Numbered from the stretch's first letter, positions 19,292 to 30,491 are shown. The stretch is DNA of 64,000 bases from Candidatus Saccharimonadota bacterium (GCA_028289065.1 JAQGHA010000016.1:77460-141459), one strand, 5' to 3'. Made by a program: numbers and translations. Notes: generated by a model from the sequence alone, not told the origin.

Positions 19292-20062
19292 GTGAAGCAG
19301 CGCCTTGATGCTGCATTAACGACGTTAGGCCTGGCGCCAACTCGTTCTCAAGCTGAAAGCGTTATTAAGCTCGGCGAAGTGACAGTCAATGGTCAGGTTA
19401 TTACGAAACCTGGCCATTTTGTTTCCGAAAATTCACTCATCGACCTGCTGAAAAAAGAGCGCTACGTCAGCCGGGCAGGTCTTAAGCTGGCCAGTGTTGC
19501 GGAACTGCTAAAATTGGACTTCCGCGATAAAACCGTACTAGATGTAGGTAGCAGCACCGGTGGCTTTACTGATTATTCGCTAAAACACGGTGCTTCCAAG
19601 GTGTTTGCAGTCGATGTTGGTACCGAGCAACTGCACCCGTCGCTTCGCAAAGATAAACGCATTGAGCTTCACGAAAAAACTGATATTCGTGATTTTCGAA
19701 TTTCCGCAAAACCAGGCACTCAGCCGGTGATGCCCGACATTATTGTTATCGACGTATCCTTCATTAGCCTGCGAGAAATTCTGCCGCATATTGCGCGTGA
19801 ACTATCTGATGTGAACACTAAAATTGTTGCCATGGTAAAGCCGCAGTTTGAAGCCGGCCGCAACCAAACTAACAAAGGTATTATTAAAAACGACTCTATG
19901 CGCCGTCAGATCTTAAAAAATTTTGAAATCTGGTCAAAAGATTATTTCTTTATCGTCGATAAGCGCGATAGTGATGTATCCGGCGCGAAAGGCAACCAAG
20001 AACGTTTCTACTTGCTAACGTTGAATCGGAACTCAACTACATCACCTGGGCGCATAACGTAG
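19292..20062 (+). CDS. tlyA: TlyA family rRNA 2'-O-methyltransferase
   Basis: S4 domain, YVSRAGLKL, LDVGSSTGGFTD, DVSFISL, KPQFE. Confidence 0.93.
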   Translation: MKQRLDAALTTLGLAPTRSQAESVIKLGEVTVNGQVITKPGHFVSENSLIDLLKKERYVSRAGLKLASVAELLKLDFRDKTVLDVGSSTGGFTDYSLKHGASKVFAVDVGTEQLHPSLRKDKRIELHEKTDIRDFRISAKPGTQPVMPDIIVIDVSFISLREILPHIARELSDVNTKIVAMVKPQFEAGRNQTNKGIIKNDSMRRQILKNFEIWSKDYFFIVDKRDSDVSGAKGNQERFYLLTLNRNSTTSPGRIT

Positions 20063-21090
20063 TCACGACCTTCGGTGCGCAGTTTGCCGGCAGCTTTAGC
20101 TGCAACTTCGCTACCAGCTGCCACTAAATCATCAAAGTCCACGATTGCCGCAGCTATGAAGCCTTTTTCAAAGTCGGTGTGAATAACACCAGCTGCTTGT
20201 GGGGCAGTGTAGCCTTGGTGAATCGTCCAAGCTCTAACTTCTTTCGGCCCAGCTGTGAGATAGCTTTGTAAGCCAAGTGTCGAGTAGGCAACTCGTGCTA
20301 GTTGCGATAATCCAGATTCTGAAACGTCATAGGCGCCAAGTAGTTCTTCAGCATCTTCATCCGTTAAGCCGCGCAGCTCTTCTTCCAGCTTGGCACAAAT
20401 GAACACGCTTAAAGCAGGGGAGACCAAATCGGTTAATTCCTGCTTACGAATTTCATCACCCAGGGTAAACTCATCCACATTGAACATATAAATAACCGGC
20501 TTAGCGCTCAGCAGTTGAAGGCTTTGTATAACTTCCTTACTCACGCTCTCAACTTCAGAAGCAAGCTGCCCGGCTTCTAGTTCGCTTTGCAGCTTTTTCA
20601 TTTCTTCAATCTGTTGGCGAGCAGTAGGGATGGCTTTGGCTTCGCGTTCAAGCTTCGGTATTTGGCGCTCAATTGATTGCAAATCAGCTAAGATCAGCTC
20701 GGTATTAATGACTTCAATATCACGCTTAGGGTCAACCGAACTACTAACGTGAATAATATCGTCGTTCTCAAAAGCCCGCACTACATGTACGATCGCATCA
20801 CACTCACGAATGTTGGCTAAAAACTTATTACCTAAGCCTTCACCCTTACTTGCACCAGCCACCAAGCCGGCGATGTCTACAAAAGTAACCGCCGCCGGAA
20901 TAACCTTGCTGGCCGAATACATTTTTTGAAGCACACTTAGGCGCTCGTCGGGCACGGCAATAATTCCAGTGTTCGGCTCAATCGTCGCAAACGGATAATT
21001 CGCCGCTAAAATATCATTATTTGTAAGGGCGTTAAACAGGGTAGACTTGCCAACGTTTGGTAGACCGACGATTCCGATAGATAAACTCAT
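20008..21090 (-). CDS. ychF: Redox-regulated ATPase YchF
   Basis: [33 protein letters not shown]-terminal TGS domain. Confidence 0.97.
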   Translation of the reverse strand: MSLSIGIVGLPNVGKSTLFNALTNNDILAANYPFATIEPNTGIIAVPDERLSVLQKMYSASKVIPAAVTFVDIAGLVAGASKGEGLGNKFLANIRECDAIVHVVRAFENDDIIHVSSSVDPKRDIEVINTELILADLQSIERQIPKLEREAKAIPTARQQIEEMKKLQSELEAGQLASEVESVSKEVIQSLQLLSAKPVIYMFNVDEFTLGDEIRKQELTDLVSPALSVFICAKLEEELRGLTDEDAEELLGAYDVSESGLSQLARVAYSTLGLQSYLTAGPKEVRAWTIHQGYTAPQAAGVIHTDFEKGFIAAAIVDFDDLVAAGSEVAAKAAGKLRTEGRDYVMRPGDVVEFRFNVSK

Positions 21091-21178
21091 ATGTCTCTAT
21101 CGTACCATAACGGGGGTGGATAATGGTAATGTCCGATTCATTTGAATTACACTTACGTTTACTTTATAATCATAGTCA

Positions 21179-21676
21179 ATGAAATATTCTCAACAATCCA
21201 CTCGGGGTATCAGTCGTCCAATCGTTATAGGCATCGTATTAGCAGTACTTATTATTGGCGGTTTAGTCGCACTATTTGCTAGTGGCGTGCTAAAGGTTAG
21301 CCCAAACATTGCCAGTAGCAATAATGCTGGTCTATGCAAAGACATAATAGGCAAGTACAACACCGCCTTTACTCAAACCAGCGCCGACGCCTACGGCTCA
21401 ATCCTCGCTGATAGTGCTAAAGCAGCTGCGACTATCAACAACAACCAAGCTGACCCTAACTGTGTATTTATTCAATTTACAAATGCTATGTATACCCAAA
21501 ATGTGAGCGATACGGGTAAATTTGCTGGTGTGTTGAAGGATTTGTCTAAAGAGGGCAAATACATTACTGGTCAACTCGATAATCCTCTTAGTCTGAAAGC
21601 TATCGAAGAGAATGCGCAACTTATAACCTCACCGGATTCCGTTAGTCCGAACTCAAGTTTAAAGGGAAATGGCTAA
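21179..21676 (+). CDS. Pilin-like exported protein
   Basis: TRG|ISRP followed by a hydrophobic helix (class III-like, no Glu5), two Cys; first gene of the pilus cluster. Confidence 0.55.
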   Translation: MKYSQQSTRGISRPIVIGIVLAVLIIGGLVALFASGVLKVSPNIASSNNAGLCKDIIGKYNTAFTQTSADAYGSILADSAKAAATINNNQADPNCVFIQFTNAMYTQNVSDTGKFAGVLKDLSKEGKYITGQLDNPLSLKAIEENAQLITSPDSVSPNSSLKGNG

Positions 21677-23687
21677 AACTAATTATTTAACTGGGTACAA
21701 GCTTTTCGTTGGAATTTTTATTCTTGCGCTGGGCTTTTTAAGTATTCTTATCCCAGCCGAGTCAGCTAGCGCAGCACCGTGTCCCGCCAACCGCGTAGCC
21801 TGTAACGGTGACGAAAACCGGGCACGCAATGCCTGTTTCGCGGGTCGCCCGACATCACAAGGGGCGATTTGGATGAACAACGCCGACGCCTCTGCGACCG
21901 ATACCGGTTATTATGCATACGGTGTAAATGTTGGCGCCACTGACACTGTAGTGAATATCACCATCCGTGGTTCGGTATATGTCTGTGGACAGGGTGCGGG
22001 CACCTGGCAGCCGTCGTATGCTGTAGAAGTGCAGCCTGACACCGTTGGTGGCGCATATCCGGATTCTGCCCGATTAGGTATTACCGGAGGCGGTTCACTC
22101 TATAGGGGAAATTTCCAAGGCGTAAATGATGTCTGGACAACCCAAGGTGGTTCAGTAACCGGTACTCTGAACGTCAGTGGTTTGGCAACGAACAATGCCA
22201 ACGGTACTGGTAGCCAGACTATTACTATCGGTATTTTTCGTTGTTATTCAACCAATGGTGTGACGCGGGCCGGTCCTGGTTCGTGTAGCACAGCCTTAAT
22301 TCCAGTTACTATTTACCGTGCGCGCCTTCCTGGCTACAACCTAACACCAACTGTAACCGTAAACCCATCAACCAGCATCGAATCTGGCCAAACCGTCACG
22401 GCAACACCAGCTGTCACATCTGCTGGCGGTGGAAATGCTGATGCTGTTACATGGCAAGTGTCTCGTTTTGTCGTACCGCCCTCTACCGCTGTTCCAGTTG
22501 CCGGTATTAATCCAACACTTCCGTTAGCCTACTATGGTAACGGCGCTACTACTGAAGCCAGCAATACTCAAGGTTTCCCGCCAGGCACAACACTTCTTCC
22601 TGACGTCGCTAAGGTCTCTGAAGACTTGCTGGTTGGTAGTAAAATTTGCTATGCGCTTTCGGTAAACCCCTATACAAACGATAATGCGCTTGGCTATTGG
22701 TACCATAGTGCGCCAGCTTGTGTGGTTGTTGCTAAGAAACCTAAAGTGCAAGTGCTAGGTAATGACTTGATGGTAGGACGGGCTACAAGCACAAACCCGG
22801 CAGCTGTTTCCAAGATTGTTACGTCGTCATCGTATTCATCTAATACCGGCCTGTATTATGGATCATGGTCGGAGTATGCAATTATCCCATCGGGAACCGT
22901 GGCGGGTATGGCTTCGGGCGCAATGTATGTTGACGGTGATGCTAATGACCTCTGTAGATTAAGTTTACTGACAATTAGTAATGCCGTTAGTAGTGGGTCG
23001 GGCAGTACCTGCCAAGAGGCGCAAATAGGGCAGTATGCAATAAGTTCATTGGCGCCAAATGTTTCCAGCCGCTTCCCGGTACCAACCGCAGGGGCGCAAA
23101 TAATTTCAAGTGGAACTCAAAACCTTTTTGGCCTTGCGCCCGGGTTGGTCTATACGTCGAATTCTCCGAACTTATCCGTCAATAGTTCTGCAGCCTTTGG
23201 AGCCGGTCGCTGGGTGGTAATTAACGCGCCAAAGACTACCGTGACAATAACGAGCGATTTAAATTACACGCCTGGGTCTTTAAGCGGGCTGGGCTCTATT
23301 CCGCAAATTGTAATTATTGCTAAAAATATTATCATTTCGGATGCAGTGAAGAATATTGACGCCTGGCTTATCGCGACTGGCGGGGCATCGTCACCTGGAA
23401 GTACAGCGGCCGACGGAGTCATTAATACTTGTGGCGCCGGTGGCGTGACTGCAACGACACTGCCTACTTCACTTCAATGTACAGAGAAACTGGTAATCAA
23501 TGGTCCAGTGATGGCGAACCACTTACTCCTGCGACGGACTGCCGGTAGTGGCGTTGGTCCTAATTTAGGTGATCCAGCAGAGGTGTTCAACCTTCGTGGC
23601 GATGCCTTTATATGGGCAACTTCGTACAGTCCAGGTAACGGTCGCTTGCCGACTATTAGCTCAAAAGAGCTTCCTCCAAAATTCTAA
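21669..23687 (+). CDS. Large secreted protein, candidate pilus adhesin
   Basis: Signal peptide ending SASA|A, Gly/Thr/Ser-rich beta-type sequence, many Cys, directly upstream of pilM. Confidence 0.55.
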   Translation: MAKTNYLTGYKLFVGIFILALGFLSILIPAESASAAPCPANRVACNGDENRARNACFAGRPTSQGAIWMNNADASATDTGYYAYGVNVGATDTVVNITIRGSVYVCGQGAGTWQPSYAVEVQPDTVGGAYPDSARLGITGGGSLYRGNFQGVNDVWTTQGGSVTGTLNVSGLATNNANGTGSQTITIGIFRCYSTNGVTRAGPGSCSTALIPVTIYRARLPGYNLTPTVTVNPSTSIESGQTVTATPAVTSAGGGNADAVTWQVSRFVVPPSTAVPVAGINPTLPLAYYGNGATTEASNTQGFPPGTTLLPDVAKVSEDLLVGSKICYALSVNPYTNDNALGYWYHSAPACVVVAKKPKVQVLGNDLMVGRATSTNPAAVSKIVTSSSYSSNTGLYYGSWSEYAIIPSGTVAGMASGAMYVDGDANDLCRLSLLTISNAVSSGSGSTCQEAQIGQYAISSLAPNVSSRFPVPTAGAQIISSGTQNLFGLAPGLVYTSNSPNLSVNSSAAFGAGRWVVINAPKTTVTITSDLNYTPGSLSGLGSIPQIVIIAKNIIISDAVKNIDAWLIATGGASSPGSTAADGVINTCGAGGVTATTLPTSLQCTEKLVINGPVMANHLLLRRTAGSGVGPNLGDPAEVFNLRGDAFIWATSYSPGNGRLPTISSKELPPKF

Positions 23688-23749
23688 AGTAAATTACAAC
23701 TAAATCTACTTGCTTTTCCGCTTATGCTTTAGCTATAATGAGGGACAAT

Positions 23750-24796
23750 ATGGTAAAACACGGCGTGGGCGATTACTTTGCACTTGATATAGGCACCAAT
23801 GCGGTGCGTGTAGTTCAACTTTCTTCGGCTGGTCCGGATGCCTGGAACTTAGTTCACTTTGGCTATGCGCCACTTGATGAAAAAACCAGTAGCTCATCAT
23901 CACCTGAAGCGTTACGTCGTCTTGGCGAAGTAATCATGACGGCAGTAGGGCAGAGTGGTATTAAAACGAAAAACGTTATTATTAGCTTACCTTCAAGCAA
24001 AACCTTCACAACGGTTATTGAAATGCCAATCATGCCGGAAAACGAACTTCGTAACACTATTAAGTACCAAGTTGACCAATTTATTCCTATGGCTGTCAAC
24101 GAAGCTAAGGTTGACTGGGCTGCACTTGGTACCTCGTTACACGACCCTAAAATGCAAGAAGTGCTGATTGCTAGTACCTCTAACTCTTTCGCAGAAGAGC
24201 GCCTAGAGTTCGTAGAGAACCTTGGCTTGAACGTTATTGGTGCCGAGCCAACACAGTTGGCAATGGTGCGCTCACTGCTTCCTAGCGGTATACTTGATGC
24301 TCGTCTTCTTATTGATGTTGGTGAACAGTCAACTGACCTGGCCATTACTTTTGGCGATAGCCCACGCTTAGTACGTACAATCCCAACTGGTGTGCAGTCA
24401 CTCATTAAGGCAGCCGTCCAGAACTTAAACGTTCAAGAGGATCAAGCCCGCCAATTCATTTTAAAATTTGGTTTAGCACCAGACCGCCTGGAGGGCCAAG
24501 TCTATCGTGCAATTGAAGGTACACTTGAAAGTTTTGCAACTGAACTTACAAAATCAATCAAGTTCTTCCAAACTCGTTACCCTAATACACCAGTCGGCGG
24601 CATCTTGCTTTCAGGCTATGGTTCGGTTGTTCCAGGCTTTGCTGAATACGTCAGCTCAAAAACTGGTGTAGCAACTTCTATGGCAAACCCTTGGCAAAAA
24701 GTCCGGGTTTCACAAACTGATCAACAGCAACTTGCAACCGTTGCGGCTGAATTCGCATCAGCGATTGGCTTAGCTCAAAGAAAGAATAAGCTATGA
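23750..24796 (+). CDS. pilM: Type IV pilus assembly ATPase-like protein PilM
   Basis: ALDIGTNAVRVV, LIDVG, LLSGYGS actin-like motifs. Confidence 0.9.
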   Translation: MVKHGVGDYFALDIGTNAVRVVQLSSAGPDAWNLVHFGYAPLDEKTSSSSSPEALRRLGEVIMTAVGQSGIKTKNVIISLPSSKTFTTVIEMPIMPENELRNTIKYQVDQFIPMAVNEAKVDWAALGTSLHDPKMQEVLIASTSNSFAEERLEFVENLGLNVIGAEPTQLAMVRSLLPSGILDARLLIDVGEQSTDLAITFGDSPRLVRTIPTGVQSLIKAAVQNLNVQEDQARQFILKFGLAPDRLEGQVYRAIEGTLESFATELTKSIKFFQTRYPNTPVGGILLSGYGSVVPGFAEYVSSKTGVATSMANPWQKVRVSQTDQQQLATVAAEFASAIGLAQRKNKL

Positions 24797-25506
24797 TAGA
24801 AATTAACCTTATCCCAGATGTAAAACAGGAGCTTCTCAAAGCGCAGCGTACTCGCACTGCAGTTATATCAGCTTCTATTATCACCTGTATTGTTGCCGGT
24901 GGGCTGGTAGTCGCCTTAGCACTGTATGTCTTTGGTGTCCAAACGGTTCGTCATGCCTTTGCTGACAACGCAATTCAAGAGGGTAGTGCGGAACTTGCGA
25001 AAGTCGAAGACCTCTCGAAAATGTTAACCATCCAAAATCAATTAAACCGAGTTACTGAGTTGAACGATAAAAAGAAGATTGATTCACGGGTATTCGACGT
25101 ACTTTCAGCCGTCATTCCGCCAGCACCAAATGCCGTACAGGTATCGTTGTTGTCGATGAACACTGAAGAGTCGACTATTACGCTTGAGGGCCAAACCAAA
25201 GCCTACGACTCGATGGAAGTTTTCAAGAAAACAATCGATAGTTCGGTAATTGTCTATAACGAAGACGGGGCCGAAAAAACTATTGATCTTGCTAGCGATA
25301 TTAGCACTACCGACATCAGTTACGGTGAGAACTCCGATGGCCAAAAAGTATTACGATTTACTATCAGCTTTAAGTACCCAGAAGAATTATTCTCCGCTAA
25401 AACCCCAGTTGTTACTATTAAACTCAGCATAGACGGTAACGTAACCGACTCTAATCTAGGTATTCCAAAAAGTATCTTTACCCAACGAGCAAAGGACATC
25501 GAATAA
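24793..25506 (+). CDS. pilN: PilN-like protein
   Basis: EINLIP N-terminal PilM-binding motif, one TM helix; follows pilM. Confidence 0.8.
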   Translation: MIEINLIPDVKQELLKAQRTRTAVISASIITCIVAGGLVVALALYVFGVQTVRHAFADNAIQEGSAELAKVEDLSKMLTIQNQLNRVTELNDKKKIDSRVFDVLSAVIPPAPNAVQVSLLSMNTEESTITLEGQTKAYDSMEVFKKTIDSSVIVYNEDGAEKTIDLASDISTTDISYGENSDGQKVLRFTISFKYPEELFSAKTPVVTIKLSIDGNVTDSNLGIPKSIFTQRAKDIE

Positions 25507-26198
25507 TGAAACCAAATGATGTAGCTATCCGAAAGCGAACCCAAATTGCTCAGGCAAACAAAACTATGTTTATCTGGATTGCCATGGCCTCTGCATTGGT
25601 TGGCTCGGCAGTTGTTGTGAGCGTCTTCTTAGCTCAAAAAGCTATCTTCAATGAAAAGGTGCTTATGGAAAAGCAGAAAACGGTTTCAGCTTTAGACAAT
25701 AACAACAAAGTTGCCCCAGAGTTAGAAGACCAAATACGGGTTCTTGATACCAACCAAGCTCTAATTTCGTCAAAAGCCAATGAAGATGACCAAGCAATTC
25801 AGGTGATTCTCGATGCTTTACCATCAGAGGGTAACTCATTAGCGGTAGGTGCTTCGTTGCAAAACAAATTACTGGCTGGTGTTCCTGGCCTAACCTCTGT
25901 TCAGTCACTACAGGTTGACCCAATTGTTGGCCTTGAATCGTTAAGTACGAGCACGACAACCGTTGATGCTTCCGCGACCACCGGCGCGAATGAAATTACA
26001 TTCCGCTTAGTGGTAAAGGGTAGCCAAGATGCAATTAAAATGGTCCTACAAAATTTCGAACGCTCTATTCGACTTATCCAAATCACCTCTCTGCAAATTG
26101 AAACACAACAAGATGGCCAGCTAATGACCGTTCAAGCTAAAGCTTTCTACGAACCAGCCAAAACAATCGAACTTCAAGATAAGGTGGTGAACCCATGA
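25506..26198 (+). CDS. PilO-like protein
   Basis: One TM helix, coiled coil, FERSIRLIQI; position after pilN. Confidence 0.7.
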   Translation: MKPNDVAIRKRTQIAQANKTMFIWIAMASALVGSAVVVSVFLAQKAIFNEKVLMEKQKTVSALDNNNKVAPELEDQIRVLDTNQALISSKANEDDQAIQVILDALPSEGNSLAVGASLQNKLLAGVPGLTSVQSLQVDPIVGLESLSTSTTTVDASATTGANEITFRLVVKGSQDAIKMVLQNFERSIRLIQITSLQIETQQDGQLMTVQAKAFYEPAKTIELQDKVVNP

Positions 26199-26419
26199 AA
26201 AAAACCGACATAGCCATGATTATTCTTATCGCCTCAGTGAGTGTGTTGATTGCTTTCTTCGTGACTAAATCACTTTTCGGTGGTTCAGCTAACGAACCCG
26301 TTAACGTCAAGACGATTGAACGCATCGACCCAACACTCAGCGAGGTTGATTCTAAAGTCTTTAACGAGAATGCTATTAACCCTGCCGTTGAGGTGCAAAT
26401 TACGCCAGGAAACCAGTAG
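26195..26419 (+). CDS. Small membrane protein of pilus operon
   Basis: N-terminal TM helix, overlaps pilO stop, AINP motif. Confidence 0.65.
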   Translation: MKKTDIAMIILIASVSVLIAFFVTKSLFGGSANEPVNVKTIERIDPTLSEVDSKVFNENAINPAVEVQITPGNQ

Positions 26420-26428
26420 GTCTAGCCG

Positions 26429-28192
26429 ATGGCACTCCTTACTGACGATATTCAAGACAAACTTATCAAGCTTCTGGTAGATGAAGGCTTGGTAGCTTCA
26501 GCTGTGCTGGATGCGGCTAAGGTAGAGTCGGCGAGTGTTAATAAGCCACTCTTTAGCTTGCTTGCTGAACAAAACATCATCGACGATGAGTTATTAACCC
26601 ACGCCATCGCCCAGGTATCGGGCGTTCCATATGTAAACCTTGCTAATATTATTATTGACCAAAATATTTTGGCGCTCTTGCCGGAAGATATTGCTGAACG
26701 CTTTATGGCTGTGCCGCTGGCGGAAGTACAAAACCGCTTAGCAGTCGCCATGATTGACGCTAATAACGTCCAGGCAGTCGATTACCTTGCAAACCGCATT
26801 CAGCGACCTCTAAAGGTCTTCATGGCTTCAGAAACGGGCGTGCGCCACGTACTCGATCAATACAAAACTGACCTTTCCAGTGTCGACCAAGCAGCGCAAG
26901 TATCACAAGATGAAGAACGCGCCGAAGAAGCCAGCGATGTTAAGACCATTGTTCAAGATTCTCCAATTAGCCAAGCCTTAAGTAAGATTCTGGAATACGC
27001 CGTAAAGTCTCGCGCTAGTGACATCCACGTTGAACCGCTGGAAAATGCTTTGAAAATTCGTTGCCGAGTTGACGGCGTGCTTCGTGAAGTTATGCAACTG
27101 CCTAAAAGCATCGAACCAGCCTTGGTGAGCCGTGTAAAAATTCTGGCTAACCTAAAAATTGACGAACACCGTGTACCGCAAGACGGTCAGTTTGCCGTTA
27201 AGGTCGCCAATAAAGAAGTCGACCTTCGTATCGCCATTAGCCCAGTGGTATGGGGCGAGCAAATTGTCATTCGTTTGCTGGATAAAACCGGTAACAGCTT
27301 TGACCTTGAAGAAATGGGCTACGCTGGGCGTTCACTGCGGGTAATTCGTCACGGTGTAAAACGTCCAAACGGCATGGTGCTCACCTCTGGGCCAACCGGT
27401 AGCGGTAAATCAACCAGCCTTTATGCGCTTATTAAAGAAATCAAAGACGATAGTGTTAACATTGTTACCTTGGAAGACCCAGTTGAGTACAAGATGAACG
27501 GCGTTAACCAAATTCAGGTAAATGCTGAAGTTGGGTTAACGTTCGCTAACGGCCTGCGTTCAATTTTGCGTCAAGACCCAGACGTTGTGATGGTGGGGGA
27601 GATCCGTGATGGTGAAACCGCTGCCTTGGCGGTGCAAGCTGCTCTAACTGGGCACTTGGTATTTAGTACACTTCACACCAACAGTGCGGCCGGCGTGCTA
27701 CCACGTTTGCTTGATATGAAAATTGAGCCGTTCTTAATTGCAAGTACGGTGAATACAATTATTGGTCAGCGATTAGTTCGTCGGGTATCGAAAAAACGCG
27801 AAGTCTATCAATCAACGCCAATTGAAACGCAAAATATTATGGCAACAATTGGGCACCTACTTCCAAAAACCGCCGCGGACGTTGCCAAGGTTTCAGCCGA
27901 TTTAGGCTATAAAGACCTACCATTAGCGGGCCAAAGCGCTTATACTTTAGTCAGAGGAATTGATAGCCCTCAAACGCCGCATGGTTACAGTGGTCGAGCC
28001 GGTATTTATGAAGTTATGGACGTCAACACAGAAATCCAAACACTCATCATAAACCGCGCTACGAGCTCTGAAATCCAAAGGCTGGCTGTGTCGCAAGGTA
28101 TGATTACCATGCGCCAGGACGGCTATTTAAAGGCTTTGGCAGGTCTCACAACATTAGAAGAAGTCAACCGTGTAACATCGGATGCGGCGTAA
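26429..28192 (+). CDS. pilB: Type IV pilus extension ATPase PilB
   Basis: ASDIHVEP, PQDG, GPTGSGKST, TLEDPVE, LRQDPD, STLHTN. Confidence 0.95.
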   Translation: MALLTDDIQDKLIKLLVDEGLVASAVLDAAKVESASVNKPLFSLLAEQNIIDDELLTHAIAQVSGVPYVNLANIIIDQNILALLPEDIAERFMAVPLAEVQNRLAVAMIDANNVQAVDYLANRIQRPLKVFMASETGVRHVLDQYKTDLSSVDQAAQVSQDEERAEEASDVKTIVQDSPISQALSKILEYAVKSRASDIHVEPLENALKIRCRVDGVLREVMQLPKSIEPALVSRVKILANLKIDEHRVPQDGQFAVKVANKEVDLRIAISPVVWGEQIVIRLLDKTGNSFDLEEMGYAGRSLRVIRHGVKRPNGMVLTSGPTGSGKSTSLYALIKEIKDDSVNIVTLEDPVEYKMNGVNQIQVNAEVGLTFANGLRSILRQDPDVVMVGEIRDGETAALAVQAALTGHLVFSTLHTNSAAGVLPRLLDMKIEPFLIASTVNTIIGQRLVRRVSKKREVYQSTPIETQNIMATIGHLLPKTAADVAKVSADLGYKDLPLAGQSAYTLVRGIDSPQTPHGYSGRAGIYEVMDVNTEIQTLIINRATSSEIQRLAVSQGMITMRQDGYLKALAGLTTLEEVNRVTSDAA

Positions 28193-28206
28193 GGTAGAGG
28201 AATTAT

Positions 28207-29277
28207 ATGAATAACCAACAACTCAGAATCGAAGTGCTCCTAGAAGAAGTCGTTAAGCGTCGGGCATCCGACCTCCACCTTCAAGTTGGAATCCCACCAA
28301 TGCTCCGTATTGATGGTTCACTTATACCAGTGGCTGGTTTTAACCCACTTGATGAAGCGGCTGTTGAAAGCCTTATCTTTGCCATCCTCGACCAAGACCA
28401 ACGCCAAATTTTGATGAAAGATAAAGAATTCGACTTTAGCTTCGCCTTTGGTACACTTGGTCGTTTCCGTGTGAACGCCTTCCACGAACGCGGTAACCTG
28501 GCTGGTGCGCTGCGTTTAATTCCAAATGAAATTAAATCGGTAACTGAACTTGGTATGCCACAAGTAGTCATGGGCTTCGCAGATTACCCCCGCGGCCTGG
28601 TGCTAGTAACCGGCCCAACCGGTAGCGGTAAATCAACCACGCTCGCAGCTTTAGTTGATAAGATTAACACCGAAAAATCGATGCACATTATTACCATCGA
28701 GGACCCAATCGAGTTTACGCACAAATCAAAGAAATCAGTTATTGTGCAACGTGAAGTTCACTATGACACCTATTCATTTAGCGCCGCCTTGCGTTCAAGC
28801 CTCCGTCAAGACCCTGACGTTGTGTTGATTGGTGAGATGCGTGACCTTGAAACTATCTCAGCCGCTATTACAATCGCCGAAACCGGACACTTGGTGTTTG
28901 CGACCCTGCACACCAACTCTGCGGCGCAATCAATCGACCGTATGATTGACGTTTTCCCGCCGCACCAACAACCACAGGTGCGCGCCCAACTTTCAAACAT
29001 TTTAATGGCAATTTGTTCACAACGCTTAGTACCATCAATCGGTGGTGGTCGGGTAGTGGCAGCCGAAGTGCTAATTGCTAACCCGGCGGTTCGTAATATC
29101 ATTCGTGAAGGTAAGTCGCACCAACTTGATGCCGTTATTCAAACGGGTTCTGACGTTGGTATGCAAACCATGGACCGAACGCTTGTTAGCCTAGTTCAAT
29201 CTGGTACCGTTACCTACGATAGCGCCCGAGAATATGCTGTTGACTTAGTTGAATTTGAAAGGCTAATGAGAGGCTAA
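28207..29277 (+). CDS. pilT: Type IV pilus retraction ATPase PilT
   Basis: GPTGSGKSTTLA, LRQDPDVVLIGEMRD, AVRNIIRE, GMQTMD. Confidence 0.96.
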   Translation: MNNQQLRIEVLLEEVVKRRASDLHLQVGIPPMLRIDGSLIPVAGFNPLDEAAVESLIFAILDQDQRQILMKDKEFDFSFAFGTLGRFRVNAFHERGNLAGALRLIPNEIKSVTELGMPQVVMGFADYPRGLVLVTGPTGSGKSTTLAALVDKINTEKSMHIITIEDPIEFTHKSKKSVIVQREVHYDTYSFSAALRSSLRQDPDVVLIGEMRDLETISAAITIAETGHLVFATLHTNSAAQSIDRMIDVFPPHQQPQVRAQLSNILMAICSQRLVPSIGGGRVVAAEVLIANPAVRNIIREGKSHQLDAVIQTGSDVGMQTMDRTLVSLVQSGTVTYDSAREYAVDLVEFERLMRG

Positions 29278-29279
29278 AA

Positions 29280-30491
29280 GTGAAAAAGTTTAATTACGAA
29301 GCCCGCGATCAAGCGTCCAATAAAATTGTAAAATCCAGCATTCAGGCTGATTCTGAAACAGCCGCTGCTCGTTTGCTTATTAAGCAGGGCTTTGTACCTT
29401 TGAATGTCAAAGAACAAGTAGGGGATGGTAGCTTTCTCGCGCGCCTTACTGGCCGCATCACAACAAAAGACAAAGTCGTTTTTACGCGCCAGCTGGCTAC
29501 ACTTATTGGGGCCGGCTTACCGTTAAGTCAAAGCCTCCACACTGTTATGGAGCAGACAAACAACAAGCAACTACAATCTGTTGTTCAAGAAATTTCTGCT
29601 TCAGTAGAAGGTGGCCGGTCATTATCTGATTCATTCGCTAAGCACCCAACCGTGTTTAACGAAGTCTTTATCGCTCTGATTTCTGCCGGTGAACTTTCTG
29701 GTACTTTAGACGAGTCGCTGCAACGGGTCGCTAACCAACAAGAAAAAGATGCAGCCATTGCTAGTAAAATCAAAGGTGCTTTAACCTACCCGGTGATTGT
29801 ACTATTCGTTATCTTCGGTGTGCTGATTTTCATGTTAGTTACTGTGGTGCCGCAAGTTGAAAAATTATATGAAGATTTGGGTAAAAACTTGCCGTTCCTG
29901 ACCCAGCTTATGGTAGATGCTGCTGACTTCTTAACTAAATTTTGGTGGTTAGCGATTATAGTCCTAAGCATTGGTGTTTACTTCTTCATACAGTTCCTTA
30001 AAACCGAAAAGGGTATCAGGTTCGCCGATACGTTTAAAATTAAAATGCCGCTATTTGGTAAGTTATTTCAAAAGCTTTATATGGCTCGTTTCGCACGTAC
30101 CGCCCAAACGCTACTGAGCACCGGTGTGAGCATGCTAGATATGTTGAAAGTCACCAGCCGAGCAATTAACAACACCTTAATTGAAGAGGCTATTCTGCGC
30201 GCCGCTAATAAAGTGCAAGGTGGTAAGGCGCTGTCCGTAGCTCTAGAGCCAGAAGCAATCGTTGCATCACTCGTGCCGCAAATGATCAAAATTGGTGAGC
30301 AATCCGGCCGAATTGACGAAATGATGGGCAAGGTAGCCCAGGTATATGAGGACGAACTTGATGACCAAATTCGTACCATTTCCACCCTTATTGAGCCTAT
30401 TCTAATGGTGGTACTAGCCGTCGTTGCCGGTGGAATGGTAGGGGCTATCCTTTTGCCAATTTACGGCCTCGTTAACGGCATCCAAATTTAA
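29280..30491 (+). CDS. pilC: Type IV pilus platform protein PilC (GspF family)
   Basis: FTRQLATLIGAG, GELSG, ALTYP, GEQSG, IEPIL. Confidence 0.95.
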   Translation: MKKFNYEARDQASNKIVKSSIQADSETAAARLLIKQGFVPLNVKEQVGDGSFLARLTGRITTKDKVVFTRQLATLIGAGLPLSQSLHTVMEQTNNKQLQSVVQEISASVEGGRSLSDSFAKHPTVFNEVFIALISAGELSGTLDESLQRVANQQEKDAAIASKIKGALTYPVIVLFVIFGVLIFMLVTVVPQVEKLYEDLGKNLPFLTQLMVDAADFLTKFWWLAIIVLSIGVYFFIQFLKTEKGIRFADTFKIKMPLFGKLFQKLYMARFARTAQTLLSTGVSMLDMLKVTSRAINNTLIEEAILRAANKVQGGKALSVALEPEAIVASLVPQMIKIGEQSGRIDEMMGKVAQVYEDELDDQIRTISTLIEPILMVVLAVVAGGMVGAILLPIYGLVNGIQI

